DNA of 56,015 nt from Gemmatimonadales bacterium. GTDB lineage: Bacteria; Gemmatimonadota; Gemmatimonadetes; Gemmatimonadales; GWC2-71-9. Below the pieces are notes generated by a model. It did not search any database, was not told where the DNA came from, and was given only the letters and a program-made list of their open reading frames with translations. Of the stretch, positions 38,980 through 48,592 are shown piece after piece; within the stretch, counting starts at the first letter, position 1; every line of letters begins with the position of its first letter. Made by a program: the position numbers and the translations under genes. The stretch is from the NCBI GenBank assembly GCA_041577295.1, contig JBFGJG010000030.1:1-56015 (forward strand). The letters are read 5' to 3'.

Positions 38980-39993
38980 TTACGCTGCTGCCTCCATCTC
39001 TGGTGTGTACTTCCCGTGTCTCGCAGCGCTCACACACTTGGCTCGATGGGCGAAGGCCTTCTGCGCCGCCTGCACGTTCGTCTTCTTGCCACTCCACGCG
39101 CGCAAGGCCTCATCCTGCAGGGCTCGACCATATGAGAAGCTGAGCTCCCACGGGTGATCTCCCAATGCATTCATTGCGTTGAGGTGTGCCGTCGCGACTT
39201 CCGAGGTCTGACCGCCAGACAAGAACACGATTCCGGGGACGGCTCCCGGGACCGTACGACTAAGGGTCCGTACCGTTGCCGCAGCCACCTGCTCGACGTT
39301 GGCCTGCGTCGCGCAGTTCTTGCCCGAGATCACCATATTGGGCTTGAGGAGCATCCCCTCGAGCCAGACCCGGTGTGCGTGGAGGTGATAGAATACGCTG
39401 GTCAGCGTTGTTTCGGTGACCGCTTCACAGCGCTCGATCGTATGTCCGCCGTCCATCAACACCTCTGGCTCGACGATCGGAACCAAGCCCGCCTCTTGTG
39501 AAAGCGCCGCATAACGCGCGAGCGCGTGTGCGTTGGCATCGATGCAGAAACGCGTAGGAAGTCCGTCACCGATCGCGATCACCGCCCTCCACTTGGTGAA
39601 CTTCGCTCCGAGGTTCCGATATTCGGCAAGGCGGTCACGTAAACCATCCATCCCTTCTGTGATCTTCTCGCCGGGAAACCCAGCCAGCTGCTTTGCCCCC
39701 ATGTCTACCTTGATTCCCGGTATCGAGCCTCGTTTTTCGAGCGCCTTTGGGAACGGGACTCCGTCCTGCGTCTTCTGTCGGAGTGTCTCGTCGAACATGA
39801 TCACGCCACTGATGTACTTGCCGACGTCGGGTGTCGTGAACAGCATCTCACGATAGGCGCGCCGGTTCTCTTCGCTCGATTCGACGTTGATCTTCTTGAA
39901 TCGCTTCTCGATCGTGGGAAAGCTTTCGTCGGCAGCCAGAATGCCCTTGCCCTTCGCGACGAGCCGTCGGGCGATGGTCGCTAAGTCGCTCAT
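38980..39993 (-). CDS. Fructose-bisphosphate aldolase class I
   Basis: KGILAADES, GIKVD, KWRAV, VPIVEPEV, LLKPNM and FSYGRALQ motifs. Confidence 0.97.
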   Translation of the reverse strand: MSDLATIARRLVAKGKGILAADESFPTIEKRFKKINVESSEENRRAYREMLFTTPDVGKYISGVIMFDETLRQKTQDGVPFPKALEKRGSIPGIKVDMGAKQLAGFPGEKITEGMDGLRDRLAEYRNLGAKFTKWRAVIAIGDGLPTRFCIDANAHALARYAALSQEAGLVPIVEPEVLMDGGHTIERCEAVTETTLTSVFYHLHAHRVWLEGMLLKPNMVISGKNCATQANVEQVAAATVRTLSRTVPGAVPGIVFLSGGQTSEVATAHLNAMNALGDHPWELSFSYGRALQDEALRAWSGKKTNVQAAQKAFAHRAKCVSAARHGKYTPEMEAAA

Positions 39994-40338
39994 TTGGAAT
40001 TCCTTGCAATGGATGTGTGGCTGGTACGGCGTGGGCGCCTAATTCACCGTCTTCCAGAAGTTGGACACAACGCCGTAAGCTACGCTCAAATAGGGAGATA
40101 TGCCACCCTCCGTCCTCGGGCGAGTCCCCGCGGCGCCGGCGACTTCCCGGCTGGGTGGGAACTCCGCAATTTTGTGGGTTACGATGAAAGAGCACGTTGC
40201 GGTTACCTTTGAGTCTGCTAGGTGTGGGCCGATTGTGACTCACGATACGGAGGAACCGGAGACGGCAGACCAGATTCGCTGGCTTCACCATCGGCCAATT
40301 ACGATCAACGATAGAACCACTACTGGAGGCAGGCTACG

Positions 40339-41139
40339 ATGATTCGCATTCGGAGAGCGGCTGGCGCGCTCGTTGCGGTAGCGCTCATTGGGGGATGTGG
40401 TGGCGGTGACCAGACTGGTGAGGAGGCGCGGGACCTGAGCCTCGCGCCAGCCGAGTCGCTGGCGGTGCTCGACGACGCGCCGCAGGCCCAAGCTCCCGCG
40501 CAGCAAGCGGCCGGGCAGCAGGACGCGCCGCGCCCCACACCCGCACGTCGGACCGAGCCCCAGCCGCCGCCGCGGCAGGTGCAGCAGTCCCAACCCACGC
40601 CGGCACCGCAACCGGTCGCGATGAAGCTAGCTGAGGGAACGCGCATCGAGATGGTTGCGACCGATACCGTGACCAACGACACGCACAAAGTGGGCGATCG
40701 CGTTACGGCCACTGGAACCGCCGCGGTATCCAGCGCGGATGGCAACATGATCATTCCCGCAGGTGCCGTGTTCACCGGGACGATCACCGAGATGGACGCC
40801 GGACAGGGCAAGCTAGTGCTCGCGTTCAACCGGGTGGCGTTCGGTGGCCGGACCTACGCGATGGAAGCGACCAGCGATACGGTCGCAGCCGAGAAGAAGG
40901 GTGATCAGTTCAAGGCGGGTGACGCGGCGAAGATCGGCGCGGGGGCCGTCGTGGGCGCGGTAGCCGGTAAGATCATCGGCAAGAACACCAAGGGTGCCGT
41001 GATCGGTGGCGCCGCCGGTGCGGCCGCAGGGACGGGAATTGCCCTCGCGACGAAGGGGAGCGACCTCGTGCTTCCGGCAGGCGGTCTCATCCGCATCGTC
41101 CTGACCGCTCCCATGGTCTTGGAGCCGATCGCGACCTGA
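40339..41139 (+). CDS. Hypothetical lipoprotein with Pro/Gln linker, beta domain and glycine-zipper helices
   Basis: IGGC lipobox after a hydrophobic stretch; IGAGAVVGAVAG..GAVIGGAAGAAAG. Confidence 0.8.
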   Translation: MIRIRRAAGALVAVALIGGCGGGDQTGEEARDLSLAPAESLAVLDDAPQAQAPAQQAAGQQDAPRPTPARRTEPQPPPRQVQQSQPTPAPQPVAMKLAEGTRIEMVATDTVTNDTHKVGDRVTATGTAAVSSADGNMIIPAGAVFTGTITEMDAGQGKLVLAFNRVAFGGRTYAMEATSDTVAAEKKGDQFKAGDAAKIGAGAVVGAVAGKIIGKNTKGAVIGGAAGAAAGTGIALATKGSDLVLPAGGLIRIVLTAPMVLEPIAT

Positions 41140-41169
41140 CGCAGTCGCGTCGGAGCAACGATCACCTCG

Positions 41170-41195
41170 AAGGGGCGCAGCATGCTGCGCCCCTT
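41170..41195. repeat. 26-bp perfect palindrome, REP-like
   Basis: AAGGGGCGCAGCA|TGCTGCGCCCCTT between convergent genes. Confidence 0.85.
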
Positions 41196-41218
41196 GTCGT
41201 TTGCCCGCGCCGCTCGCG

Positions 41219-41989
41219 TCACGGGGTGAGCCGTAGCGCGAGCCAGACCCCCCACACCACCAGGCCGGCGCCGAAGATCCGACCGACAAACACGCCCGGC
41301 TTGGCGACTTTCTCCACACACAAGACAACGGTGACGATCGCCATCCACAGCAGGTTCATGACGCCGAGCGCGAACGACAGCACCATCAAGGCCCAACAGC
41401 ACCCGAGGCAGTACGCGCCGTGCTCTACACCCATCCGCAGGGCTCCGAGCGTGCCCCGCCGCCACGATGACAGAAAGAAGCCCACTGGTGAACGACAGTG
41501 CTCGAGACACGCCAACTTGGTCGCGGTCCATTGATAGACTCCAGCCAAGATCAAGAGGGCCGCACCGATGCGCGTCGGGGACTCCGCCAGCACCGCTCGC
41601 ATCAGTCCATGCTGGACCAGCAGAATCTGTATGATTGCGGCCCCGATACTGAACGCGCCCCAGATCGTGAAGTAGCCGCCCACAAACGCCGCCGTTCGCG
41701 CCGGTCGCCCGCGCCCTGACCGCGCGTTGGTGCTGGCATACGCCAGGATCCACGGCGTCACACTCGGGAGCATCATGGCGACCATCATTGTCATCCACAT
41801 CAGCGACGCGATGGCGAGGCCGAGAAGTGTGAGCGTGTGCGGGCTGGGGGTGAGCACCTCGGTGTGCGTTCCTGGGCCTTGCATCGCCAGGATGAGCCAG
41901 GCAACGAGCACCACCCCACCGATCGGGACGAGGGTGACCGCACGGTGGTCGCACGTGTCGACCCAGGAAAGTGCCGAACTGCGGGTCAC
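41219..41989 (-). CDS. DUF2182 family metal-binding integral membrane protein
   Basis: MWMTMMVAMMLPS, YQWT..K.ACLEHCRSP and YCLGCCWALM motifs; GTG start overlaps the upstream stop. Confidence 0.88.
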   Translation of the reverse strand: MTRSSALSWVDTCDHRAVTLVPIGGVVLVAWLILAMQGPGTHTEVLTPSPHTLTLLGLAIASLMWMTMMVAMMLPSVTPWILAYASTNARSGRGRPARTAAFVGGYFTIWGAFSIGAAIIQILLVQHGLMRAVLAESPTRIGAALLILAGVYQWTATKLACLEHCRSPVGFFLSSWRRGTLGALRMGVEHGAYCLGCCWALMVLSFALGVMNLLWMAIVTVVLCVEKVAKPGVFVGRIFGAGLVVWGVWLALRLTP

Positions 41990-42606
41990 GGACTCCACGA
42001 GAACTCCGAGTACAGCCCGTGCGTGCCGTCGTTTTGTACTGCGATGACACCATCGTCGTACTGCGTGCTGCCCCGTGCGATGACCTGTGACGATGCGTGG
42101 ATTTGATTGAAGATGTTCTCGAATCGGACTGGCTTCGACTTGTCGCGTCCACGGATCGGCTCGACCGACGCGTCGATCACGCCGTCGATCGTGATCCGCT
42201 TTATCGGTGTGTCGGTCTCCATCCGAATGGGTAGGTATTGCGTCTCCACGTGCTCGCCGACGAACTGCGCCAGGACCTCCCACGGACCGCCGACCTTACC
42301 TAGGAGGATCGTCTCGAGGCCAGCCCGCTGCCGGGAGTCGGCTCCCTCATCGATGATGATCCGCTGCTTCCATCCCCCATCGAGCATCCGTTTGGGGCTG
42401 TCGAATGTCACGAGCGCGCGTACTCCAGCCAGCGAGACACCGTCGAACGCCCCGTCGGCAATCGCCACGGCCCAATACCCTAGACAGCGGTCGTGAGTGC
42501 AGTACTGCTCGAAGTGCATGTGTCCGGGGCAGACCAGCTGACAACTGCAGTTCTCGAAGAGCAGCCCGCGGGCCCACCAATCAGGTGTTGCCGTCGTCTT
42601 CGCCAT
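41986..42606 (-). CDS. DUF1326 family protein
   Basis: ENCSCQLVCPG, C.G..A..I..G.F.GV.L.G, IIDE.A...QR..LE.I..G..GG. Confidence 0.85.
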   Translation of the reverse strand: MAKTTATPDWWARGLLFENCSCQLVCPGHMHFEQYCTHDRCLGYWAVAIADGAFDGVSLAGVRALVTFDSPKRMLDGGWKQRIIIDEGADSRQRAGLETILLGKVGGPWEVLAQFVGEHVETQYLPIRMETDTPIKRITIDGVIDASVEPIRGRDKSKPVRFENIFNQIHASSQVIARGSTQYDDGVIAVQNDGTHGLYSEFSWSP

Positions 42607-42663
42607 GTGATGTTCCCGGTCGTGTGTCGTTTGGCCTGGTGGGAGTGCCGCTCAGCCCACTGA

Positions 42664-44415
42664 TCAGTATGCCGCTGCCCCACCGCCCCTTCGCGGGTCG
42701 GCCACTCCAACCCATCCTGATCCTGAACGCATGATCGCCGCGATGTCCCCGCTGTATCCCGAGCGTTCTTCGATCGTGTGCCCCATCGATCGCAAGCGCG
42801 CGACGACGTCAGGTTCCAGTCCGCCGTTTTCGTAGCGAATCACATCGGGGAGTGCCTGATGATGGACCCGAGGAGCCGCCACGGCGTGAGCCAGAGAAAG
42901 TTGATGGTCGATGACGTTGCTGATCACCTGCGCCACCGTGGTAATGATGGTAGGTCCACCGGGCGTACCCAGCACCATCAGCAGTTGTCCAGCTGTATCG
43001 ACGACGATCGATGGCGTCATAGCCGACAGCATGCGTTTCCCCGGAGCGATCGCGTTCGCCTCGCCTTGCACCAACCCGTACTGGTTGGGCGCGCCAACCG
43101 CCGCGGTGAAGTCGTCCATCTCGTTATTGAGCAGGAAGCCCAGCCCGCGCACGGTTACCGCGCTCCCATAGCTCGAATTGAGCGTTGTCGTCACACTTAC
43201 GGCGTTGCCTTCCCCGTCGACGACGGAGAGGTGCGTGGTGTTCTGACCCTCCACCCTTCCGCCGGCGATCGTGGGCGTCGGAGTCGCGCGTTCCGGTGAG
43301 ATCTGGGCGCGTAGCTCCGCGGCGTACTCCTTCGACAGCAAGCGTTTCAACGGCATCTCGACGAATGCGGGGTCACCCAAGTAGTGGTTCCGATCGATGA
43401 AAGATCTTCGCATGGCTTCGGTCAGCAGATGCACCTGCGACGCGGAGCCGAGGGCGGGGGCGCGCTCGTACCCGTCGAGAATGTTGAGGATTTGGGCCAT
43501 GGTGACGCCACCGGAACTCGCCGGTCCCATGGAGTAGATCTCGAACCCCCGGTACTGAATCGTGATCGGATCACGCCAAATAGCGCGGTACGCCGCGAGA
43601 TCATGTTTTTCAATCAACCCGCCGCCGCGCGTCATCTCGGCGACGATTGAATCCGCGATCCGGCCACGGTAAAAGACGACCGACCCACTATCCGCGATGG
43701 CCTGGAGCGTTCGGGCAAGGTCGCGCTGGACCAGCCTCGTACCCGGTGGAGGGGCCGTGCCGTCCGGTAAGAGATACTGCCGGCGAGAGGCTTCGAACTG
43801 GCTCAGCCGGCCGGCAGCATTCGCGATCGAGCGACTGCGGTATTCATCCAAGATGAACCCGTCCCGCGACAACTGGATGGCTGGTGCCATGACGGTGCGC
43901 CATGGAAGACGACCGTGGCGCCGGTGGGCCTCGCTCAGGCCAGCAATACTCCCCGGAACACCTGACGCCAGGTGACCATTGACGCTGGCGTCGGTTACGT
44001 TTCCCGTCGAGTCCAGGTACATGTCGTGGGTCGCCCGGGCCGGTGCGGTCTCACGAAAATCGAGGGTCTGCACCTCGCCACTGTTGAGCCGGACCACCAT
44101 GAAACCTCCACCTCCGATGTTCCCCGCCTCGGGGTGGACCACTGTGAGGGCGAAGGCAAGGGCCACCGCGGCGTCGACGGCGTTCCCTCCTCGCTCGAGG
44201 ATCTGCGCCCCCACGGCGCTCGCCACGGGACTGCCGGAAACCACCATCCCCCTCCTGCCAGAGACGACGGCGGTTTGCTGAAACAGCGGCCACGAGAGCG
44301 GAACGTTGCCGACCCGAACGGGTGCGTCGGGCAGGATTGGGGGGGATGCGGGTGGGGCACAGGACACCAGTCCGGCGATCGAGAGGCCCACCACGAGCAT
44401 TGACGCGATCTTCAT
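42664..44415 (-). CDS. ggt: Gamma-glutamyltransferase with lipoprotein signal
   Basis: GGNAVDAAVA, GNIGGGGF, DFRETAP, NTTHLSVVD, NNEMDDF and LSAMTP motifs; LVSC lipobox. Confidence 0.96.
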   Translation of the reverse strand: MKIASMLVVGLSIAGLVSCAPPASPPILPDAPVRVGNVPLSWPLFQQTAVVSGRRGMVVSGSPVASAVGAQILERGGNAVDAAVALAFALTVVHPEAGNIGGGGFMVVRLNSGEVQTLDFRETAPARATHDMYLDSTGNVTDASVNGHLASGVPGSIAGLSEAHRRHGRLPWRTVMAPAIQLSRDGFILDEYRSRSIANAAGRLSQFEASRRQYLLPDGTAPPPGTRLVQRDLARTLQAIADSGSVVFYRGRIADSIVAEMTRGGGLIEKHDLAAYRAIWRDPITIQYRGFEIYSMGPASSGGVTMAQILNILDGYERAPALGSASQVHLLTEAMRRSFIDRNHYLGDPAFVEMPLKRLLSKEYAAELRAQISPERATPTPTIAGGRVEGQNTTHLSVVDGEGNAVSVTTTLNSSYGSAVTVRGLGFLLNNEMDDFTAAVGAPNQYGLVQGEANAIAPGKRMLSAMTPSIVVDTAGQLLMVLGTPGGPTIITTVAQVISNVIDHQLSLAHAVAAPRVHHQALPDVIRYENGGLEPDVVARLRSMGHTIEERSGYSGDIAAIMRSGSGWVGVADPRRGGGAAAY

Positions 44416-44480
44416 TCCATGATCCCTCGTTGACCAGGGAGCGGCGGCACCGAAAATTAGCACGCCGTGAGGAGCAATCC

Positions 44481-45407
44481 ATGACCGATCGCGACTTCCA
44501 CGATCCGCGGTTGACGGAGCAGCGCAACCCGCGGACGAGCCACATCGATGCGGCATCCTCGCTCGAGATCGTCGATCTGATCAACGAGGAGGATCGGCGC
44601 GTTCCGGAGGTCGTGCACGCCGTCCGCCACGAGCTCGCGCGTCTCATCGATCTGGTCGTCGACGCGTTTGCGCGACACGGACGCCTGGTCTACGTGGGCG
44701 CAGGCACGAGCGGACGTCTCGGCGTGCTCGACGCAGCTGAGTGTCCGCCCACCTTTGGCACGCCGCCGGAGATGGTCGTGGGCATCATCGCCGGTGGTCC
44801 CCAGGCACTCGTGCGTAGCCAGGAGGGGGCCGAAGATGACGTACGGGCTGGCCGGTTGGCGATGGATGAACACGACGTGTCCGCGACCGACGTGGTGGTC
44901 GGGATCGCCGCAAGCGGTACCACGCCCTTCGTTGGTGCCGCGTTGGAGCGAGCGGCGGCGCTCGGTGCGCGAACCGCGCTCGTGACGTGTGCCGACCCGC
45001 CTCCGTCGCTGGTCGATGGGTGCGACGTCGTCGTGGTGGCCAAGGTGGGGCCTGAGGTGTTGACAGGCTCGACCCGGATGAAGGCCGGAACGGCCACGAA
45101 GCTCATCCTCAATACGATTACGACCGGGGCCATGGTTCGCTCTGGTCGAGCGTATGGGAACCTGATGGTCGATCTCATGGCGTGGAGCGAGAAGCTGCGG
45201 GATCGTGGAGAGCGCATCGTGATGGAGACGTGCGCGGTCACGCGCGCGGAGGCTCGCAGGGTCATCGAGGGTGCTGGGGGCAGCATCAAGTTGGCGATCG
45301 TCATGATGCGCCGCGGTGTGAACGCGGAGGAAGCGAAGCAGCTGCTTGAAAGTGCCGAGGGCTCGGTGCGTCGAGCGGTCGGTGCGCCACCCCCCGTGTC
45401 CCAGTGA
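44481..45407 (+). CDS. murQ: N-acetylmuramic acid 6-phosphate etherase
   Basis: LTEQRNP, GAGTSGRLG, DAAECPPTFG and GPEVLTGSTRMKAGTA motifs. Confidence 0.97.
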   Translation: MTDRDFHDPRLTEQRNPRTSHIDAASSLEIVDLINEEDRRVPEVVHAVRHELARLIDLVVDAFARHGRLVYVGAGTSGRLGVLDAAECPPTFGTPPEMVVGIIAGGPQALVRSQEGAEDDVRAGRLAMDEHDVSATDVVVGIAASGTTPFVGAALERAAALGARTALVTCADPPPSLVDGCDVVVVAKVGPEVLTGSTRMKAGTATKLILNTITTGAMVRSGRAYGNLMVDLMAWSEKLRDRGERIVMETCAVTRAEARRVIEGAGGSIKLAIVMMRRGVNAEEAKQLLESAEGSVRRAVGAPPPVSQ

Positions 45408-46537
45408 AGGAGCTCGCCGTGGGGTTGATGTCCGGCACCTCGCTGGACGGTGTCGACGCGGCCCTCGTCGCCATTGCCGATCCTCACGCCGTTGAGCTCC
45501 TCGCTTTCCACCAGCATCCGTTCGCACCGGACGACCGTGCGGCGATGCTGCGGGTGATTACTGAGGGGAACGTGCGCGATATCGCGTTGCTGCACGCGAT
45601 CCTCGGGGAGGTATTTGGCAGAGCGGCGCACGCGGTTATCGAGCAGCATGGGGTCTCACGCTCCGACGTGAGCTTCGTCGCGTGTCACGGGCAAACGGTG
45701 TGGCACGAACCCGGAAGGGCCACACTCCAACTGGGAAATCCCGCAGTCATCGCGGAGTTGCTGGGAATACGGGTCGTGAGCGATTTCCGCAGCCGTGATG
45801 TGGCGGCAGGGGGGCAGGGAGCACCGCTAGTTCCGGTAGCGGACGTCATGCTGTTCGGGCGCTCAGAGGGTGGACGGGTACTGCTCAACGTCGGAGGGAT
45901 GGCGAACTTTACCTGGGTGCCGCAGCGAGGGGCATCGCGTGGGGTGGTGGCGTGCGATACGGGGCCCGGCGTTGCGGTCATCGACGCCGTCACGCGGCTG
46001 GTGGATCCCACTGCACGATTTGACGAGGACGGCGTTCGTGCGCGTCGTGGCACAGCGGTCAAGGAGGTGATCGACGAGCTCTTGACCCATCCGTGGTTCC
46101 GTCAGCCGCCACCGAAGAGCACCGGGCGCGAGCTGTTTGGGGAAGTCTACGCTCGTGAGCTCGTCGCTGCGGTGCGCGACGCGAAACCGCGCGCCACCGA
46201 TGACGATTGCGTGGCCACGGCCACGCAGCTCACGGTGGAATCCATCGTTCGGCACCTCGTCGAGTGGGTGCCCGCGGACCGCGGCGCGGACCTCGTTATC
46301 TCCGGAGGAGGCGCCCGCAATCCGACGTTGCTTGCGGCCCTGCAGTCGCGTTCGGCACTCCCCGCTCGGCTGTTTGACGACGTGTTTTTCGATGGCGACG
46401 CGAAGGAAGCCGTTGCGTTCGCGTATTTGGGCTGGCTGACGTTACATGGTCGCACGGGAAACGTGCCCGCCGCCACTGGTGCCAGTGGCCCCCGGGTGCT
46501 TGGCACGATCACACCGGCCGGACCGAACGAGACGTGA
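45404..46537 (+). CDS. anmK: Anhydro-N-acetylmuramic acid kinase
   Basis: GLMSGTSLDGVD, HGQT, GGQGAPLVP, PPKSTGRE and KEAVAFA motifs. Confidence 0.97.
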   Translation: MKELAVGLMSGTSLDGVDAALVAIADPHAVELLAFHQHPFAPDDRAAMLRVITEGNVRDIALLHAILGEVFGRAAHAVIEQHGVSRSDVSFVACHGQTVWHEPGRATLQLGNPAVIAELLGIRVVSDFRSRDVAAGGQGAPLVPVADVMLFGRSEGGRVLLNVGGMANFTWVPQRGASRGVVACDTGPGVAVIDAVTRLVDPTARFDEDGVRARRGTAVKEVIDELLTHPWFRQPPPKSTGRELFGEVYARELVAAVRDAKPRATDDDCVATATQLTVESIVRHLVEWVPADRGADLVISGGGARNPTLLAALQSRSALPARLFDDVFFDGDAKEAVAFAYLGWLTLHGRTGNVPAATGASGPRVLGTITPAGPNET

Positions 46538-46578
46538 CCTCTCGACGTGATTCCAGTTTTACAGAAAGTGAGGAGTGT

Positions 46579-47556
46579 ATGCGATGGGTTGTGTGGATGA
46601 TCGCCTCGATCGGGCTGGCCAGTCCGGCCGCCGCGATGCAGGACACCATCCGATTCACCCCCACGGTGGGCCACCCGACCTTTGCGGTTCGGGAGCCCGT
46701 GCTGAGGATCAAGCCCGGCACGGTGCTCATCTCTAACACGAACTTCGGGGCGTACTACGAGGAGGGTGGTGGGGCGTTTCCGGGTGAAGTGGGTCCCTTT
46801 TTTGTCGAAGGCGCCACGCCCAACGATATGCTTGTGGTCAAGATCATCCGTGTACGTCCCAATCACACCCTAGCGGGCTCCCAACTCTACTCTGACTTCG
46901 GTGGGCTGGCGACCGACAGCCGGCTCCGGCTACTCAACGATCCCATTCCAGCGCGGCGGTATGAGTGGCGGCTCGACCTCCAGCGGATGACAGGTACCAC
47001 CACCCTCCCCGACTCGAAGATGCGCCAGATCACAATCGATCTGCGGCCGATGCTCGGTCGGGTGGCGGTGGCACCCCGGGGAGCGGAAGCGTTTGGCGGG
47101 CTCTGGCCGGGTGACTTCGGCGGCAACATGGATGCACCGGAGGTACGAGAGGGCACCACGGTGTACCTCCCGATCTTTCATGAAGGCGCCTACTTCTACT
47201 TTGGCGATGGACATGCGCGGCAGGGCGAGGGCGAGGTGAACGGTACCGGACTCGAAACGTCGATGGACGTCACCCTTCAAATCGACGTGATCAAGGGAAA
47301 GACCATCGACTGGCCGAGGCTGGAAGATGACGAGTACATCATGGTGGCGGGGAGCGCCCGTCCGCTCATCGATGCGTTCCGTCTGGCGCACGTGGAACTG
47401 GTCGAGTGGCTCGTCGCCGAGTACGGCTTCGGACGGTGGGACGCGTACCTGCTTCTCGGTCAGCTCGCCGAGAGCACCGTGGCAAACATCGTGGATCCGA
47501 TCTACACCGTGGTAGCCAAATTCCCAAAGCGATACCTCCCTCCGCCGTCGAATTGA
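46579..47556 (+). CDS. Acetamidase/formamidase family protein with signal peptide
   Basis: GP..VEGA.P.D, GGNMD and GDGHARQGEGE motifs; N-terminal MRWVVWMIASIGLASPAAA. Confidence 0.9.
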   Translation: MRWVVWMIASIGLASPAAAMQDTIRFTPTVGHPTFAVREPVLRIKPGTVLISNTNFGAYYEEGGGAFPGEVGPFFVEGATPNDMLVVKIIRVRPNHTLAGSQLYSDFGGLATDSRLRLLNDPIPARRYEWRLDLQRMTGTTTLPDSKMRQITIDLRPMLGRVAVAPRGAEAFGGLWPGDFGGNMDAPEVREGTTVYLPIFHEGAYFYFGDGHARQGEGEVNGTGLETSMDVTLQIDVIKGKTIDWPRLEDDEYIMVAGSARPLIDAFRLAHVELVEWLVAEYGFGRWDAYLLLGQLAESTVANIVDPIYTVVAKFPKRYLPPPSN

Positions 47557-47620
47557 ATTGGATTTTGGCTCCACACGCACCGAGCATATCCCGGGGTCGT
47601 CGAGCGGCACGGTGGTGCGG

Positions 47621-47815
47621 ATGATCGAAAGTCTGGCAATCCTGGTGGCCGACGACGACCGGAGGTGACACGACCTCGGCCGAGGATCCGGCTTCTGACG
47701 ATGTACAAGCTGCGGTGCAGTTCGTATATCACCAAGCCCGTCAACATTCGACCGGTTCATCCGGGTCATATGGATATTGGCGACTATTGGTTCTCCTTCG
47801 TTATCTTGCCCACCA
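47621..47815 (+). pseudogene. Decayed single-domain response regulator (Rcp1-like) remnant
   Basis: Fragments in shifting frames: ILVADDD, TTSAED, YKLRCSSYITKPVN, FDRFIRVI, DIGDYWFSFVILP. Confidence 0.7.
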
Positions 47816-47992
47816 ATCGCGAGGCGCCCCCTTGCTCGCGTGACACCAACGGAGCCCGCCACGGCGCTCGTGTTTTCCTGAGGGGGGCGTTTCAGCGCGT
47901 ACGTTGCTCGACGGGTGAACGGACGGGTTCGCGAGTCCGAGCTGCGTGAGATCGGGCGCTCGCGCCCCCCACCTCAGCATTCGGAGCAGCCA

Positions 47993-48592
47993 ATGAATGA
48001 TGTTCGTCTTGGATGGCGAGCCATGCTCGTTGGGGTCCTAGTGTGCCTAGCCGCCTGCGCGGGGCCGCGACCCTTCACCGTTCCCAGTCCGCAGTTGGAA
48101 GCCTTGAACGAAGAAGAGCCGTACCTGTATGAAGACCCTGCCCTCGCACGCGAGCGCTTGGCACAAACGCGATTGTCGGGTCTCGGTGCGCGGATCGCGA
48201 ATCTGTTCACGGCCTATGAGCAGGAGCTCTTGCGAGCCCAGCGCGCACAAGGCGGTGCGCTCAACGCCTTTCTATCGATCACTTCCGTCTTGCTGCCACT
48301 TTCCGGGACAATCACCCCTTTCGTGATTTCCAATCCCGATGACGCCGAGGCGGTGAGCACCGCCACAGCCGGTGCGACGACGGCCGTGGTGCTGCTCAAC
48401 CTGCTGTTCAAGCCGCAGGCAAAGGCCGGTAAGTCTGCGGCGTGCGAAGTATTCCTGCGTGACGCCTTGGAGTCCCTCGACCGGCGGTGGGACAGGACCG
48501 CGCTCGCGAGCATCCCAGATACTGAAGAGGAATGGCGTGTCTACCTGGCTGTGCGTGGCGCACTGGACGCCGGCAAAGAGGGAGCCTGTTGA
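47993..48592 (+). CDS. Hypothetical lipoprotein with two internal hydrophobic helices
   Basis: LAAC lipobox; GGAG RBS upstream; TTGA overlap with the next gene. Confidence 0.7.
   Translation: MNDVRLGWRAMLVGVLVCLAACAGPRPFTVPSPQLEALNEEEPYLYEDPALARERLAQTRLSGLGARIANLFTAYEQELLRAQRAQGGALNAFLSITSVLLPLSGTITPFVISNPDDAEAVSTATAGATTAVVLLNLLFKPQAKAGKSAACEVFLRDALESLDRRWDRTALASIPDTEEEWRVYLAVRGALDAGKEGAC

Noticed and set aside
47665..47949. 94-aa ORF as an intact gene
   Set aside because: Only part of it resembles a receiver domain and the similarity switches frame; treated as a pseudogene
47824..47977. CGCCCCC / GGGGGCG inverted segments as a MITE
   Set aside because: Short, imperfect and GC-only, with no target-site duplication or second copy seen
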